Source: Gordius albopunctatus (lineage: Eukaryota). From it: DNA of 64,000 bases. Positions 61,640 through 64,000 of the stretch are shown here, one piece after another. The position numbers and the translations under genes were made by a program. The notes under the pieces are model-generated. The model had not been told where the DNA came from. It searched no databases and worked only from the letters and a program-made list of their open reading frames with translations. How positions within the stretch are numbered: the first letter of the stretch is position 1; each line of letters starts with the position of its first letter. Location: the NCBI GenBank assembly GCA_964276515.1, contig OZ193909.1:2232001-2296000 (forward strand). Direction: 5' to 3'.

Positions 61640-62210
61640 TTAATTTTTGGCAAAATGCATTGTAAAATTTCCGAATATGATTGTGAAAATTGGTATATCG
61701 GCTTTAAAAAAGGCCGGCACTCCTTCCATCCTTGAACCATCCGATCCTTCTTTAGAAGGTAGAATGCGTCCTGACGGAGCTTCTATGATCCCCTGGGAGG
61801 ATGGTAAGTTCCTAGCATGGGACTTTGCCTGCATCGATATTTTTGCGCCAACTAATAATAATTATAACCCACTTTCTTGTGCCGAAGATCGCAAAACACT
61901 CAAATACTGAGCCATTGCTCATTCTAAGATTTTTATTCCAATAGTAGCTTCCTGTTCGGCCACTTTTGGCAAAAAAGCATTAGCTTTTTTTAAATCGATA
62001 GGCAACAGATCGCCAAAAGCTAAATACTCACCCAGCTTTATTTTACGCCAAAAAATCGGCATTCTGATAGCTAAATATAATTAAAAATCTTTTTCTGATA
62101 CATGGCCCGTGTTGGCTATTGACGATTGTGATGAATAATTTTTTTTATTTATAATATTATTTTAAGCCCGTTTATTGTATATTTCATGTACCAATTTTAG
62201 CGAATAAAAG
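61640..62210 (+). pseudogene. 3' remnant of a CRE-like (restriction-like endonuclease) non-LTR retrotransposon
   Basis: RPDGASMIPWEDGKFLAWDFACID...AEDRKTLKY*...FIPIV...FGKKALAF...SFILRQKI matches the REL endonuclease pattern RPD-x-WD-x-K-x-KY. Contains in-frame stops and AATAAA at ~62203. Confidence 0.7.
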
Positions 62211-62246
62211 CATTTTAATAATTTATTTCCCGTTAAAACACCAAAC

Positions 62247-63661
62247 CAGAGGTCAGATTTGGAAATTTATGCCCGAACCCGACCCGATTCAATTTCTTAA
62301 CCTCATTGCACGCCCGAACCTTCTAGGTGTTGGCCTGAGCACGCCCGAAACATTAGAGCAGCCCGAAATATTAAATTTGCCTGTTAGGCCCGAAATTTTG
62401 CGATCTCAAATTTTTACAACCACTATTAAAAAATAAGCATTTAATTAATGGCATATCGAATAAAACAAATATAGCAATATTTTATCATCCCGGACAAAAT
62501 CTAATTTCCTATATTATTTAAAAGTCGAATGATTTTTCCATATAAAACTTTTGATCATTAATTTTTATCCTAATAGGTCAAAAAAGCTTAGTATTTGGTA
62601 CTTCTAAAATATTTAACCAAAGTTTCTTTAAAATATTGTTATCACTGGCAAAACCGCTATAGATCACAATTTTAATATATTAATTTCTAAAGCACTCAGG
62701 TACAAATATGTAGAGTTGTTAAATTGCTAACTTTCTTCAAACTCCAGACGCGAGCACGCACACTGAGTTGCTTAATATGTGCGTTAGCACAATATGTGCT
62801 CGCTGTTCGGTGCACTAGGCAGAGCAGTAGCATATAAAAATGCTCGAGGGCCGAGCAGAAACTCGAGCAGATGGTAACTGGAGTTTAAAAAAGTTAGCAA
62901 TTTAACAACTCTACAAATATGTTAGAGCGTTTACAAATCATATAAAAGCAAAATATTAATTAAATGCAGCCGATGTCCATGAAAATATTTATGCAGCAAT
63001 TTTTAATTAAGTTTAAAGTACACATATTTTGTAAATAATCTTACAATAAACAAAATTATACTCCCCTTTTGAGTGTTTAAGCCCCTACCCTATAAAAAGT
63101 TCTTAATGAATAAACTTAGTTCTATTAGTCAAACTGTGCTCTTAGAACTTACTTTTTTTATAAAAAAAACAATAATTTATCAATAGAATTTAAATGTAAT
63201 TTATTAAAACATTTTTTAATTTAAATGTAATTTATGGAAAAAAAGGTATAGAAATTTATTATTGTAAAAATAAGTAATAGCTTAGCGATAGCAAAACGGA
63301 GTAATAAAGGTGAATTGAGGAAGCTTTGTTCCAAATAGGATTTGTTTAAAAAAATTAAATGATATTAATATGAAATTTAACACTTGCATGCATTGTGTCA
63401 ATTTGAAAGAGATACATAAATAAAAATAATTCAATCCTTTCCATAAACGTAGCTAGAGAGAAGGACTTGATGGAAATAGACTGGTTCGGGCAAAAATTAT
63501 AGAAATAACTTGGGGACGGATGGCTCAAGTTTCTTAACTCTTTTAGCATTTTCATATACAATCAAATAAAAAAGTAACCAAATAATACATAATCAAAAAT
63601 TAAGAACATTTGTCCGACCCGCAGGTTCGGGCAGCGGGCCGACCGGGCAATCTGGTCTCTG
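62247..63661. mobile_element. Non-autonomous hAT-type element containing a nested MITE (62711-62913)
   Basis: TIRs cagaggtcagatt/aatctggtctctg, flanks caccaaac/caccagac, and cccga subterminal motifs. The nested MITE has exact TSD caaatatg. Confidence 0.8.
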
Positions 63662-64000
63662 CACCAGACTGCCCCAGGAAATATATAACTAAGCGATTTT
63701 TATACTGTTCCTCATTCTACATAATATTAATACTTTTAATCATTAATCATATTTATCTAAATTTTCTCCTAGAACCCATCAAGCCTTTTATAACTATTAT
63801 GTCCGAGATTATTACCAGTTTTTCATATATGTGTTTTATTCCCAGTAAATGACAAAATCGGTTTATTCCCAGGAAAATTAATTAAAAAAGATGATGAATG
63901 TTCGACGATGTGAGCTCTTTGTCCCGGATAATAATCTCTTATTCTGGGGGTCTTGCGCCAGCTGTTATTCTCTGCCCAGCTGTTATTCTCTCTTGCGTAC

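Overview
AT-rich, transposon-dense eukaryotic (animal-like) genomic DNA. No prokaryotic features, rRNA, intact tRNA or CRISPR array were found. Three spliced host genes lie on the minus strand. The first is the 5' part of a DBP2/DDX5-like DEAD-box helicase (~1280-1883, 35-43 nt introns), which appears to run off the left edge. The second is a complete 16-exon ABCG2/white-family half transporter (10683-22105) with one GC-AG intron. The third is a ZMYND8-like PHD-bromo-PWWP-MYND chromatin reader (35044-42163, with probable 5' exons at 48923-49064 and 54199-54216). The rest is mostly mobile DNA: a near full-length decayed RTE LINE plus a 5'-truncated copy; intron-containing piggyBacs nested in opposite orientation; a PGBD3-like fragment; several hAT elements and hAT-type MITE families with 8-bp TSDs; non-autonomous Helitrons; Helentron/DINE-like elements carrying a higher-order hairpin tandem array and tRNA-derived B-box modules; a TRIM-like LTR element with a tRNA-Trp PBS; a CRE-like endonuclease remnant; and two degenerate Penelope-type hammerhead motifs. 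I cannot demonstrate a new biological system. The most unusual candidates are the nested inverted piggyBac pair and the hairpin-array/tRNA-module Helentron-like elements. All exon boundaries were read by eye and may be off by a few bases.
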